Notes under the pieces: generated by a model
What the model was told of the DNA's origin: nothing
The model's input: only the letters and a program-made list of their open reading frames with translations
The model's database searches: none
Made by a program: the position numbers and the translations under genes
Shown here: positions 10,368 through 20,402 of the stretch, piece by piece
Position numbering within the stretch: the first letter of the stretch is position 1
Layout: every line of letters begins with the position of its first letter
NCBI GenBank assembly: GCA_965203355.1
Contig: OZ241889.1
Location: 3,136,001 to 3,200,000, forward strand
DNA from: Candidatus Latescibacterota bacterium
GTDB lineage: Bacteria > Latescibacterota > UBA2968 > UBA8231
Length of the DNA: 64,000 nt
Reading direction: 5' to 3'

Positions 10368-12253
10368 AGTGAATGCTCCTTCATATTATTGATCCGTTTT
10401 TGGAGTTTCGTGAGTTGTTCGGCTTTACTCTCAGCCTTTGATTGATTTCGTTCTGTGGTACTAATGATGGCTTTCTTTAGATCATCTATAATGATCTGAT
10501 CGATTATAATGATCTGATCGATATCTGGATCTGGTACCGAATTAAAACTTGAGACTATATACTCAAACCATCCGTCTCTAGTAGATTTATCCTCCTTGAA
10601 TTCGCCCTGCCAAATCCCTCTTTCAGATTTCCATCTCACATCATGTCGAAAATCTTTTCTCATTTCTTTGGCTACTTCGGAAATATTATTATCGAGAATC
10701 TCTTTCAGTTCTTCAACAACTTTCTCGGGTTTGGATGTAGATTCTATATTGATACCAAAGTACTTTTCTAGGTGAGAAAGTAACACTTCATATATAGAAT
10801 TAATACGAAACCAATTATCATCGTCCATTATATTAATATTATTTAAAGAAACACTAAATCTAACTGTATAATAGCTAGTGTGCGAAAAAATCCCCTTTTC
10901 AATTCGCTCGCCCTTAACAACTATATCCTGGCCAACTCTTTCACAAATCTCTCGGATACAATAGAGCGTATCGCTCTTCGCTTTCTCGATCCTTTTAAGA
11001 GCAGTTTTACGTTTGGTTTCATGATGACTATCACTGGAAGAATCGTTTAGTGCATGTTTCAGTCCCATATCCACCTCAGAAAGCGTCTTTTGCAAGTTTT
11101 CTCGCAGTTGCTGGGTATTCCGCTGAAATTGCCGTTGAAGCATAGAGTGTCGTTCGGCTAGAATTTTGTTCACGATCTCGATAAGTTCCTCGCGAGATAC
11201 CAGCTCAAAACCTGATGAGAGAGGCGCATCGTACACATTGCCGGTGATATCGAGCTGATAACTCTTTGTAGTTAGTTTAGCCGAGATATTTTCTCGAAAT
11301 GAATCGCGCCTCTTGTACGCTTCTCGCATGCGATCCATCATTCTGTCCAGCGCGTCGAGCGGTTCCGCGTCTTCGGATTCATTCAACTGCAACGCAGAAA
11401 CAAGCACGACATCGCGGAATAGATCGCCGTGCTTCTCCTTGCAGAAACACTTCAACTCCCTACGTTGCGGTGGTGGCAGATCCTCAGCCTTGTTGAGCAA
11501 GAGGAATGTGGGTGGGTTGGTCGAATCTTGTGACAGCTTATTCAACTCGTCCAACAGCGTACCTGATGGATTGCCCTTGTGAGCATCCGCGATTACAAAC
11601 AACACATCTGATTCTCTGACAGCTTGTTTGGTTACTTCAGTATCAATCTCATTTGGCGGCGGAGCATTAAACCCGGGTGTATCGACAAGTCGAATGTGAT
11701 CGAGAACCGGGGAGTTTATCGAGATGCGGAAGGTATGCGACTCGTTGTCGCCCTCTTTCTGATGGCTGGCCAATGCGCGGTACTTCGTTTTACCCAAAGA
11801 AACCCATTTTCTATCCGCTGATTCTTGCTCAATGCGTTCTTGGTCGCCATGGACAAAGTACGTTACCGATGCGGTCGTCGGCTCATCGCCTACCGGGCAC
11901 ATATCCATTCTCAATAGTGCATTGATGAATGTCGATTTACCTGCACTGAAGTCACCGACCACCGATACGGTCAAAAGACCGAAACCATCCTGAAGATTGC
12001 GCTCCTCGGCAAGGTGTTCAATCAAGCTCTTTTCCAAGGAAACTAACTTATCCGCTAGTTCGCCGGTCAAAAGATCGAGTTCGGCATCGGCAAATTGGTC
12101 GCGAACAGATCGCAAGTCGAGGAGACATTTAATCGTAGCGTTGTGACCGATTGGCCGGGTGTCTTCCTGTGGAGCCGATGAGGGTACATCTGTTTTTCGC
12201 GACGACATAGCCTTCTTCTTCGGAGTAGCCTTCTTCTTACGCTTACCGCTCAT
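10364..12253 (-). CDS. bacterial dynamin-like GTPase (DLP 2)
   Basis: G1 GDFSAGKST, G2 PTTA, G3 DTPG, G4 NKAE; ATGA overlaps with both neighbours. Confidence 0.88.
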   Translation of the reverse strand: MSGKRKKKATPKKKAMSSRKTDVPSSAPQEDTRPIGHNATIKCLLDLRSVRDQFADAELDLLTGELADKLVSLEKSLIEHLAEERNLQDGFGLLTVSVVGDFSAGKSTFINALLRMDMCPVGDEPTTASVTYFVHGDQERIEQESADRKWVSLGKTKYRALASHQKEGDNESHTFRISINSPVLDHIRLVDTPGFNAPPPNEIDTEVTKQAVRESDVLFVIADAHKGNPSGTLLDELNKLSQDSTNPPTFLLLNKAEDLPPPQRRELKCFCKEKHGDLFRDVVLVSALQLNESEDAEPLDALDRMMDRMREAYKRRDSFRENISAKLTTKSYQLDITGNVYDAPLSSGFELVSREELIEIVNKILAERHSMLQRQFQRNTQQLRENLQKTLSEVDMGLKHALNDSSSDSHHETKRKTALKRIEKAKSDTLYCIREICERVGQDIVVKGERIEKGIFSHTSYYTVRFSVSLNNINIMDDDNWFRINSIYEVLLSHLEKYFGINIESTSKPEKVVEELKEILDNNISEVAKEMRKDFRHDVRWKSERGIWQGEFKEDKSTRDGWFEYIVSSFNSVPDPDIDQIIIIDQIIIDDLKKAIISTTERNQSKAESKAEQLTKLQKRINNMKEHSL

Positions 12254-14028
12254 GGCCGACCAACCTTTTTAAGCCGCTCAATATCGTCTTGAATACGCGA
12301 CACCTTGGCGTTGCGCTCCTTGATATCGTTTCGTCGATCAGACTCAATCTGAGAAAGCACACTCTGCACTTCTTCAGACTCGCGCTTTAAGGGTTGAAAT
12401 ATTTCAGACTCGAAGTATGCCTCAATATCTCGGGCCGCTTGCTCCGAAACCTCCATGCAAATACGGTCCATTGGCTCGTCGATGCGCTCCTTTTTCAACC
12501 GCTCTCCAACCCAGACAGCGACAATGTTGATTATATTGACATCGTGCATAGTGGCAAGCATACTTTTTCCGACTTTCTTCAGCCCTTCGGCGGCTGCGCG
12601 TCTCGCCATTTTGGTGGATGCTTTGGCGGCCGCATGGCGCAATCCCGCACCGACCGTCGACTCTGCGGCAGTAGCAGCTACACCAGCACCAGGTAAGATC
12701 GCGGCAACCAGTGCGGCAGTAGTAATGGTTGCCGCCACGCTCATAATCTTGTTGGTGTCTTTCAACAAGCGTTTGATCTCCGCGTCAATCTCGCCAACAT
12801 GGTTATCCCGTTCTTGTCCCAGTCTCTTAAAATGCTCGCTAACCTTTGTTGCGAGTGCCGAGATGAATGCGCTACTGACCTGTTCTATGGTGATCTTGGC
12901 TGGTTGTTGATGATGGTCTAGTTGATCTTCATAGGTGAACTGTTCTATGGCGAGATCGTCTGACGCAGCGGCAAACCGACCCTTATAATCGGTGCATATT
13001 GCACTCACATCCCGGCGGAGATCATCGCGCGACTTATCGAAACGTTGCCGTTGCTGGTGTAGCTCTTGATCCAATCTTTCGCGTCGATCATTTGCCTCTT
13101 TCTGGCGCGACAAAAAATCTCCTTCCGACTCCAGTAAGCCACCCCGCATTTGCTCAAGCGTCGCGATTGCACCTGGCACCAAACGAACGCTGGCGCGATC
13201 TTGCCGTTCGGCCATAAGGGACGCCTTCCGCGCCTCGAACACCTCGTGGATAGCGGTGCGTAAAGTACTGACATCGCGCACTGCCGCCTCCGGACCAGCA
13301 CTTACGACCACAATGCGCCCCTCGGCTTCTGATTTGGCGCAGCCAATGGTCTGCGCCAGCGTGTCGGCAGTCTTCTCGGCGACCACCGCCCGCTCAGAAT
13401 CTGGCAATTGGTCGGCAAATGTGAGCGCGATGAGAAAGCGATGTTGTAGATGGCGAACGCCGGGAGAAGTAAGAAAATCGGTGACGGTACTCGTTAGCCC
13501 TCCCTTGCGGATATCCACGCAGATCATGGCTGCATCTACGAAGGGTAGCTTTCCCAAAGTGACCTCCGTGTGCTCTTGGAAAGCAGGCGTCGATAGTCCC
13601 GGCGTGTCGAGGAATACGAATCCTGCTGGAAACCCGGGCCGGGAGGGGAGGCGTACAAGTGGGCGGCCCGGCGTATGCCCGCGGGCGAGATCATCAAAAT
13701 CAGGACGACTGATTGCCGTCTGCTCATCCTCGTCGTCCACGCGAAAATACTCCGGCTCTTGGAGAGAAGGCGTCGAGATGACCTGTCCGGCCCGCGCTGT
13801 GCAAGGCTCGAGTTGCACTGGCATGAGGTCCTCCACGCCTACCAACTCGTTGATTAGCGTACTCTTGCCGCTACTGAAGTCCCCCAGAAAACCTATCTGC
13901 ACCGCATCATCACTCGTAAGGCTCTGGATATCGTCGGACAATCGGTCCAACTCCCACTGCGAGGCTACCTCGCGCAACACTTCCAACACTGTTGAATCAC
14001 CTTGTTCGGTCGTCACATTCCGCTCCAT
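12250..14028 (-). CDS. bacterial dynamin-like GTPase (DLP 1) with hydrophobic paddle
   Basis: G1 GDFSSGKST, G2 PCTA, G3 DTPG, atypical G4 TFAD, hydrophobic ITTAALVAAILPGAGVAA segment and AGGAGG RBS. Confidence 0.88.
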   Translation of the reverse strand: MERNVTTEQGDSTVLEVLREVASQWELDRLSDDIQSLTSDDAVQIGFLGDFSSGKSTLINELVGVEDLMPVQLEPCTARAGQVISTPSLQEPEYFRVDDEDEQTAISRPDFDDLARGHTPGRPLVRLPSRPGFPAGFVFLDTPGLSTPAFQEHTEVTLGKLPFVDAAMICVDIRKGGLTSTVTDFLTSPGVRHLQHRFLIALTFADQLPDSERAVVAEKTADTLAQTIGCAKSEAEGRIVVVSAGPEAAVRDVSTLRTAIHEVFEARKASLMAERQDRASVRLVPGAIATLEQMRGGLLESEGDFLSRQKEANDRRERLDQELHQQRQRFDKSRDDLRRDVSAICTDYKGRFAAASDDLAIEQFTYEDQLDHHQQPAKITIEQVSSAFISALATKVSEHFKRLGQERDNHVGEIDAEIKRLLKDTNKIMSVAATITTAALVAAILPGAGVAATAAESTVGAGLRHAAAKASTKMARRAAAEGLKKVGKSMLATMHDVNIINIVAVWVGERLKKERIDEPMDRICMEVSEQAARDIEAYFESEIFQPLKRESEEVQSVLSQIESDRRNDIKERNAKVSRIQDDIERLKKVGRP

Positions 14029-14040
14029 AGTACGCGCCTC

Positions 14041-14355
14041 CTAAAAAGATAGACTTAGGGATTTGATGGTTTTGGCCGGTGCCCCGAGATCGGTGGGACT
14101 TGCCAACGCGGCCGGGCAGAGCAATACCTCTTCCCGCTTCTGTTGAGGAAGGGGATCGAGGGGAATAGGCTGATAAATGAATCTAGAGAATGCCCGAGAA
14201 AATCGGGGGGGGGGGGGTAACTCATTGTTTTTTAACGACTTACGGCAAAAAATAAAGCTCGGTATTGGCGTTATTTTAAGCGTTGAATAAGGTACAGCCA
14301 TCGCATCAAGTACCGCTCTGCAATGGTATTCTTTTACTATCGACGCTGTATCCAT
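14041..14355 (-). CDS. putative poly-C-containing leader ORF (copy A, in frame)
   Basis: 104-aa ORF whose TAG overlaps the TAGGAGG RBS of DLP1; homologous to 33398-33879. Confidence 0.5.
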   Translation of the reverse strand: MDTASIVKEYHCRAVLDAMAVPYSTLKITPIPSFIFCRKSLKNNELPPPPRFSRAFSRFIYQPIPLDPLPQQKREEVLLCPAALASPTDLGAPAKTIKSLSLSF

Positions 14356-14388
14356 GTCCTGCTTAATCCGCCTAAGAGTGCCCGCAAG
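14090..14388. repeat. leader cassette copy A (diverged direct repeat of 33630-33910), with G13 tract at 14205-14217
   Basis: Shared blocks: ctcttcccgcttc, G-run plus taa..cattgttttttaacga, ggcgttat, ccatgtcctg, ttaatccg and ccgcaag. Confidence 0.85.
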
Positions 14389-14415
14389 CTAAGCTATCGG
14401 TTTAAGTTCAGCAAG

Positions 14416-14443
14416 AAACTATTACGCTATTTTTCTGTGTCAA
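14416..14443 (-). promoter_or_regulatory. possible sigma70 promoter for the leader/dynamin operon
   Basis: TTGACA-N16-TAGTTT on the minus strand. Confidence 0.35.
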
Positions 14444-14522
14444 TACAAAACTGGATTAGCTTCGTGATAACCTACAAAAACGCCGTCATACGCCTATCTT
14501 GTCAAGAGCAGCACACTGCCCC

Positions 14523-16907
14523 CTAGCGCACCAGCAGCAACTTGCGCGTCTGCCGCTCGCGGCCAGCCCGTAGCTGGTACAAATACAATCCCGAAGCAAG
14601 CGGACGTCCCTGCCCGTCGCGGCCATCCCAATGCAGCACGTGCCGGCCAGCCGGCCGCTGGCCACCAACCAGCGTCGCTACGTGCTGCCCGGTGAGCGTA
14701 TAGACTTTCAGTTCGACCTCTTGGGCGCGGTCGAGCGCATAGCGGATCGCGGTCTGGCCGTTGAACGGATTGGGGAAATTCTGCTCCAAACCGAAGGGCT
14801 GCGGCCTCGCGTCTTCACGCGCCTCGCGGACGGCGGTGGGCGCGGCAAACTCCGTGCGCACCAGCCGCAGATCGTCAATGTAAAAGTGCCCTTCGACATT
14901 GGCGGCAAAGCGCACGGTCTCTATCGGCTGGTCGAGATTGCCGAACGCGCTTAAGGGAATTTCTAGCACCTGCCATTCCTTGCGCCCCAAATCCAACTCA
15001 CCCGCTCCTTCGCCCAAAAGCACGACCCGCCGGAAGCCACCGCTCGCCAACACCACCTCGACCACATCGCCTTCGGCCGGCACCACATCGCCGGGATGGA
15101 TCGCCAGCCGCAGCGCCCGATAGCCCACCGTCTCGATAGGCGTTGGCGGTGCCAGGTCTAACTGCCAAGGCAACAGCCGCGTCAGGGGGGCGGCGGTCAG
15201 CACGCCGGCCATCGTGCCGGTAAAAACCGGGCCGCTTCCGTCAAAGTCAAAGCGATCCAAACCCAAACCGGCCTTGGCGGTCCAGCCCGCAGCCAACTCG
15301 TCATCCGCGATCGTCAAATCCTCAGCCGGCAGCACTACCAACGTGTGCATGAGCGCGATTTCAAACGGACCTTCCCCGGTATTTTGCACCACCTTCACCG
15401 CGATCGGCTTGCGGCCGTTGGCCTGTGCGCCCGCCAAGGTAGCCGCCAGCCGATAGCGTCCGTCGCCCAAGTCCGCAAGCGGCGTTTCGGCCTCGCCGCC
15501 CAAGGCACTCAGATCCGCGGTTACCACCGGCGGCGGCGCTCCCCGGTCAAAGCGCGTCAGCGCAATCGCCGCCGACAAGTCGAGGGCCTGACCAGCCAAG
15601 ACCGTATCCGGTGGCTCAACCTCCCACTGCCCCATCAACGGCCCCATCCGCACCCGAAAAACCGCTTGGGTCGCGTGATCGCTGGAAACGTAGAGTGCCC
15701 CTTGGGCATCGCTTGCCAAGCCCACCGGCTTGCCCCAAACCCGGTTGCTACTCGGATTGGGACGAAAGCCGGTGAGAAAATCGGCTACTTGGGCCTTTTG
15801 CCCGTCTGGATCGCTAAAAACCACCATCACCTTATAGCCTAAATCGTTGCCCCGCACACCAGCGCGCAGCGCGACAAAGGCTTGGTTGTGGTATTCGGCG
15901 GGAAATTGATCGCCGGTATAAAAGTGGATCGCCATCGGCGCCGTGTGAGCCGCGACCGTGGCAACCGGCCTCGCCATCCGCTCAACGTCAAGCGTATCCT
16001 CGCGCGTAAAAGGCGCGATCGAGCGAAAGTACTCGCCAATCTCAAAGTCAACCCACGCCTGATAGCCGTGCGCCAGCGGCCAGCCGTAGAATCCACCCTC
16101 GCGCACGATGACAATGGTCTCAGGAGGTACGTCGCGCCCATTGGGAAAGCGGTCGCGGTCGTGGCCGTTGTTGGTCGCCCACAATGCGCCGGTAAGCGGA
16201 TGCAGCGCCAAACCTATGGCATTGCGCAAGCCGCGGGCAAAAATGCGCCGTCCCATGCCGTCGAGGTTAAAGGCCAGTATAGTGGCGCGCTCGGGATCGC
16301 GCTCGCGGCACAAATCGCAGGAGGATCCTTGATGCACGTATATGCGCTCGTTGGCCGCGTCGAAGACGATGGTGTGCGTAACGTGCTCTGCGCCGCCTAA
16401 ACCGGGGATCCACGTCGCCAGATCCGGGATAAAGACCGCGCGCTCTTCGTAAAAGCCGTCGCCATCGCCGTCCCTGAAGCGCACGACCTCATCGGTATCG
16501 GCCACGTACATGGCCCCCTGATAAAAGGCCACGCTATTGGGCCACAGCAGATCGTCGGCCACCGTCCGCACTTCGTCGGCCCGCCCATCCCGGTCGCGGT
16601 CGGGCAACGCCACAACGCGCCCGGTGCGATTGGGATCGGCCCTCCACTCGCTATTGCCTCGGGTGCCCATGACCGCCACGTGCAACACGCTGTCTGGACT
16701 CCACGCCATCAGCCGCGCCTTGCCGAGATCCTCGGCGAACAATTCGACGACAAAACCGGGCGGGACGTTTAAGGTCCGACTCTCCAGCCCTGCTACCGGG
16801 ACCGGCTGGAGGTGGAGGTCGATTTTTGGCGTCAGATAGACTTCGCCGGGTGCTTGGGCATAGACGCTGCTGACGAAGAGGCCAAGGGCAACAAGCAAAC
16901 GCATCAT
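14523..16907 (-). CDS. PQQ-dependent glucose/sorbosone dehydrogenase family protein with C-terminal FlgD-Ig/T9SS type A-like domain
   Basis: Signal peptide; FARGLRNAIG, NNGHD, GGFYGWP, AHTAP, GKPVG and LYVSSD motifs; C-terminal QNFPNPFN...WDGRD...SGLYLY...KLLLVR. Confidence 0.85.
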   Translation of the reverse strand: MMRLLVALGLFVSSVYAQAPGEVYLTPKIDLHLQPVPVAGLESRTLNVPPGFVVELFAEDLGKARLMAWSPDSVLHVAVMGTRGNSEWRADPNRTGRVVALPDRDRDGRADEVRTVADDLLWPNSVAFYQGAMYVADTDEVVRFRDGDGDGFYEERAVFIPDLATWIPGLGGAEHVTHTIVFDAANERIYVHQGSSCDLCRERDPERATILAFNLDGMGRRIFARGLRNAIGLALHPLTGALWATNNGHDRDRFPNGRDVPPETIVIVREGGFYGWPLAHGYQAWVDFEIGEYFRSIAPFTREDTLDVERMARPVATVAAHTAPMAIHFYTGDQFPAEYHNQAFVALRAGVRGNDLGYKVMVVFSDPDGQKAQVADFLTGFRPNPSSNRVWGKPVGLASDAQGALYVSSDHATQAVFRVRMGPLMGQWEVEPPDTVLAGQALDLSAAIALTRFDRGAPPPVVTADLSALGGEAETPLADLGDGRYRLAATLAGAQANGRKPIAVKVVQNTGEGPFEIALMHTLVVLPAEDLTIADDELAAGWTAKAGLGLDRFDFDGSGPVFTGTMAGVLTAAPLTRLLPWQLDLAPPTPIETVGYRALRLAIHPGDVVPAEGDVVEVVLASGGFRRVVLLGEGAGELDLGRKEWQVLEIPLSAFGNLDQPIETVRFAANVEGHFYIDDLRLVRTEFAAPTAVREAREDARPQPFGLEQNFPNPFNGQTAIRYALDRAQEVELKVYTLTGQHVATLVGGQRPAGRHVLHWDGRDGQGRPLASGLYLYQLRAGRERQTRKLLLVR

Positions 16908-17061
16908 GGGCAACCTTTCTGCAAGTGGCGTAAAAACCTGTCTCTAAAAACGCACTCGCCCCCCATAAGAGCAAAACGCGCCCGCCGTGCGTTCCCAACA
17001 GATAGCGCGTTCATCCACCGCGTCTTATTTTTCCGCGCACACCTCACCCGGAGAATTCATC

Positions 17062-18063
17062 ATGCGCATCGGCATCATGGGCGTCCACTACGGTCACATC
17101 GGCGGCATGATCCAATCCGCCTTACAGGCGGCAAACGGCCAAATCGTCGGCTTGGTTGAAGAAGACGACGCACTCGGCGCACGCTATTCATCCATCCCCC
17201 GCTTCGCCACCTTAGAAGACATGATCGACCGCGCCCAGCCCGAGCTAATCCTCGAGGGCTTGATCCACCACGAAAAAGCCGCGCTCGTAGAAACCTGCAC
17301 CCGCGCTGGCATTCACTTGCTGCTCGACAAACCCCTGTGCCACTCGTTGGACGACTGGGAGCGCATGCGCCGCGCCGTGGCCGCCAGCCCAATCCACGTA
17401 TCCATGTGGTTCACCTCGCGCAGCTATCCGCCGTTTGTCGCCTTGCGCCAAGCCATTCTCAGCGGCGCGCTCGGGACCATCGCCAGCCTCATCTCCACCC
17501 ACCCGCACAAAATCCGCCGCGCCACGGCTCCGGCTTGGTATTTCGACCGAGCGCAATACACGGGCGCGTTCCACGACCTCGCTTGCCACGGCGTCGATCA
17601 AATCCGCTGGCTCACCGGGGCCGAATGCGTCGGCGTCCACGCCCTCACCACCTGCAAGCGGTTCACGGCCAAGCCGCGCTTAGACGACCACGTGCAGGCT
17701 TCCTTTGAGTTGTCCGACGGCGCGTTGGCAACCCTCACCGCCGACTGGCTCACGCCCCAAGCCGCGCCCTCGTTTGGCGACACTCGCTTCATCGTCATGG
17801 GCACGACCGGCTCGGCGCATCTGCGCGCCTATGCCGACGATCACCTACTCATAGCCACCAACGAGCGCGGCCCGTACTCACCCGATTTGCCCGCAGACCG
17901 CAGCGGCTCGTTCGTCGCCAACCTGATTGACGCCATTGAACGCGGCACCGACCTCTTCATCCCCACCCACTCGGTGTTCGCCACAGCCCAAGCCTGCCTG
18001 CTGGCCCAAGAATCCGCCCGGCAAGGGGGCGCATTTCTCCGCATTCCGCCGTTTGCGCTATAA
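17062..18063 (+). CDS. Gfo/Idh/MocA family oxidoreductase
   Basis: MRIGIMG start after GGAG; HLLLDKP and DLACHGVD motifs. Confidence 0.85.
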   Translation: MRIGIMGVHYGHIGGMIQSALQAANGQIVGLVEEDDALGARYSSIPRFATLEDMIDRAQPELILEGLIHHEKAALVETCTRAGIHLLLDKPLCHSLDDWERMRRAVAASPIHVSMWFTSRSYPPFVALRQAILSGALGTIASLISTHPHKIRRATAPAWYFDRAQYTGAFHDLACHGVDQIRWLTGAECVGVHALTTCKRFTAKPRLDDHVQASFELSDGALATLTADWLTPQAAPSFGDTRFIVMGTTGSAHLRAYADDHLLIATNERGPYSPDLPADRSGSFVANLIDAIERGTDLFIPTHSVFATAQACLLAQESARQGGAFLRIPPFAL

Positions 18064-18342
18064 GTGATAAATTTGGCACGGAGAACCTGCTGCAAGCCGA
18101 TCTTGGTCCATGGCGACACGCCCGCCAACATCGGCCCCGAGCCGAGCGTTGCCCTGACCGCGGGCGACTTGGACGGATTGGGCGGATGTTCCTCGGCAAA
18201 GATCAATCGGGGCTTGTCGTGGAATGGCCCGGTACTACCGACGACCGCGGATCGCGTTCTATCTATCCAAACCGCCAACGCAGCAAAATAGTGGAACTTT
18301 GGGACTGGCTTGTCGCCCTAGGCACTTTCCGGTTGCCCCCTT

Positions 18343-20292
18343 TCAGCGCACCAGCGTCATCTTCCCCGCCCGTATCGTTCCTGCCGCAATCATCCTATAC
18401 ACATACATGCCGCTGGCCGCGGCCCGGCCCTGCTCGTCCGTGCCGTCCCACTGCGCGGTGTGCCATCCGGCTGCGCGGACCTCATCAACCAAAGTCCGCA
18501 CGCGCTGACCGGCCATGTTATACACATCAATGAGCACCGCCCCAGCCGCTGGCACTGCATAGCCGATCGCGGTCGTCGCGTTAAACGGGTTGGGATAATT
18601 CGCGGCCAACGCCCAAGCGGCCGGCTGCGACGCTGCCTCGGCGAGCACGGCGGTCCGTTCCGGTCCCACAATCCGCAGTTCGTCAAACCAGAACTGGATT
18701 CCGTCTAAAGCGTGGTGCTCGGCCACGATGTCGAAGCGATCTATCTCCTGCCAATCGAACGCGCCCATCGGATCGAACCACTCATGCTCCCAAGCCCCGT
18801 GCTCGGCAAAGTCGCGCAAGGGGATGCGCACCGCGTGCCACCCACCATCCCACGGCACCACCTGCTCATCTATCGTATAGCGCACGCGCCAAGGGCGATC
18901 GGCCGGGTCGTCCGTATCCGTATCGACTAAGCGGATGTCAAACGACGATCCCGGCGTATCTCCCCGCACCCAAAACTCGACCGCATAGCCCATCGCAGCC
19001 AACGCCGACAAGTCCTTGAAAGGCTTGAAGTCGAAGCCAATGAACCCGTAGAGCGGCACCCCGGTCCATCGCATGCAGTAGCGGCCCACCGCTGGCGCCA
19101 CCTCGTCATAGTAATCGACCGTACCCGCACTGAGGTGGTTGGACGCGACCAAGTACAGGCCGAGAAAGTCGTCGTAGAGCACAAACCCCTGCTGGTCTGG
19201 CTCGGCGACAAAATCCCGTTGCGGCGGCACATTCAGCCCCAACGCCTCTAGCAACGGCACGTTCAGGTCAAAATCAAACAACTCGCTCGACCCGCGCTCG
19301 AACAGCCCAAAACCACCGCGATAGTCCCAAATGGTCCACGCGATGCCCCGGTCCTCCAAATGCTGCCGCACCACCTCGTACCACAAGACGCGGTCGCTGT
19401 TGGGGCTGTTCGGGCTGTACACCCCAAACTCCCCGCAAAATAGCGGCACCCTGCGCTCCTGCTGAAAGGCCGCCGCCTCGTCGATCCGTATGCGCACCTG
19501 CGTGATAGTGCCCTCTTGGCTGTACTTGCCCAGTGCCGTGCCGACCCACGTGCTCTGCAAGGGCGAGGGCAACGCCGGCATCCGCGCCCGCTCGTAGGGA
19601 AAGGGCACATCGCGCAGCGGGACTAGCGAGGGATTGGTCCAGCTAGCGCCTTGGTGGGTAAAGACAAACGGCTCGTAAAAATGAAAGGTGTATAGGAGGT
19701 TGTCATCGGCAAAAACTGGCATCCGGTTCAGGTTGCGAAAGCTGTTCCAGTTGGCCGGACCAACGACAATCGCGTGCTGCTGATCCACGTGCCGGATCGC
19801 GTCAATCACCTGCTGCTGAATCGCGTTCCAAGCCGCGTCGCTAATGCCGTGCGGCTCGTTGAGTATCTCGTAGTAGAGCGGGGCTGGATGCGCGGCAAAA
19901 TGCGCGGCGAGTTGGGTCCACACCGACACCAGCGCGTTGGCGATGCCTGGCGACGTGCTCTCCGCTGGATCAAACGTGTGGTTGTCCAAAATCAGATGCA
20001 GCCCTAACTCGTCGGCCCAATCCGCAATTGGATCGAGAAAGGCGTAGAGCAAGGGATCGATGCGATAGTCCGGCGGGCCGCTGGTCATGGCGTGTAAGTT
20101 GATCGGCAAGCGCACTACGTCGCAGCCGAGCTGTTGGATCTGCGCGAAATCGGTCCGGCCAAACTTGGCAAAATGCACGTGCTGCGCGCTGGACGCTTGC
20201 AGCCAATTGGTCATATTGACGCCCCGGCTAAACCGAGCCTCAGCACCCCACGCGGCGGAACACATCAATAAGAACACTGTTGATTTTAGCAT
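18343..20292 (-). CDS. GH5 glycoside hydrolase with carbohydrate-binding module and FlgD-Ig/T9SS type A-like tail
   Basis: RGVN, VRLP, LDNH, acid/base YEILNEP, TFHFY, nucleophile GEFG and WDY motifs; C-terminal NYPNPFN domain. Confidence 0.9.
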   Translation of the reverse strand: MLKSTVFLLMCSAAWGAEARFSRGVNMTNWLQASSAQHVHFAKFGRTDFAQIQQLGCDVVRLPINLHAMTSGPPDYRIDPLLYAFLDPIADWADELGLHLILDNHTFDPAESTSPGIANALVSVWTQLAAHFAAHPAPLYYEILNEPHGISDAAWNAIQQQVIDAIRHVDQQHAIVVGPANWNSFRNLNRMPVFADDNLLYTFHFYEPFVFTHQGASWTNPSLVPLRDVPFPYERARMPALPSPLQSTWVGTALGKYSQEGTITQVRIRIDEAAAFQQERRVPLFCGEFGVYSPNSPNSDRVLWYEVVRQHLEDRGIAWTIWDYRGGFGLFERGSSELFDFDLNVPLLEALGLNVPPQRDFVAEPDQQGFVLYDDFLGLYLVASNHLSAGTVDYYDEVAPAVGRYCMRWTGVPLYGFIGFDFKPFKDLSALAAMGYAVEFWVRGDTPGSSFDIRLVDTDTDDPADRPWRVRYTIDEQVVPWDGGWHAVRIPLRDFAEHGAWEHEWFDPMGAFDWQEIDRFDIVAEHHALDGIQFWFDELRIVGPERTAVLAEAASQPAAWALAANYPNPFNATTAIGYAVPAAGAVLIDVYNMAGQRVRTLVDEVRAAGWHTAQWDGTDEQGRAAASGMYVYRMIAAGTIRAGKMTLVR

Positions 20293-20402
20293 GGCAGGAA
20301 GTTAGGCGTACCGCCGCTCCCAAACAACGCGCCCGGGCATGGTCCTTTCATGCTGCGCCTGAATTGCAAACCTACGCAGAGGCACTTTTCCCCTACGTTT
20401 TC

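Noticed and set aside
18064-18342. Small ORFs between two convergent genes
   Set aside because: No recognisable motif, RBS or repeat.
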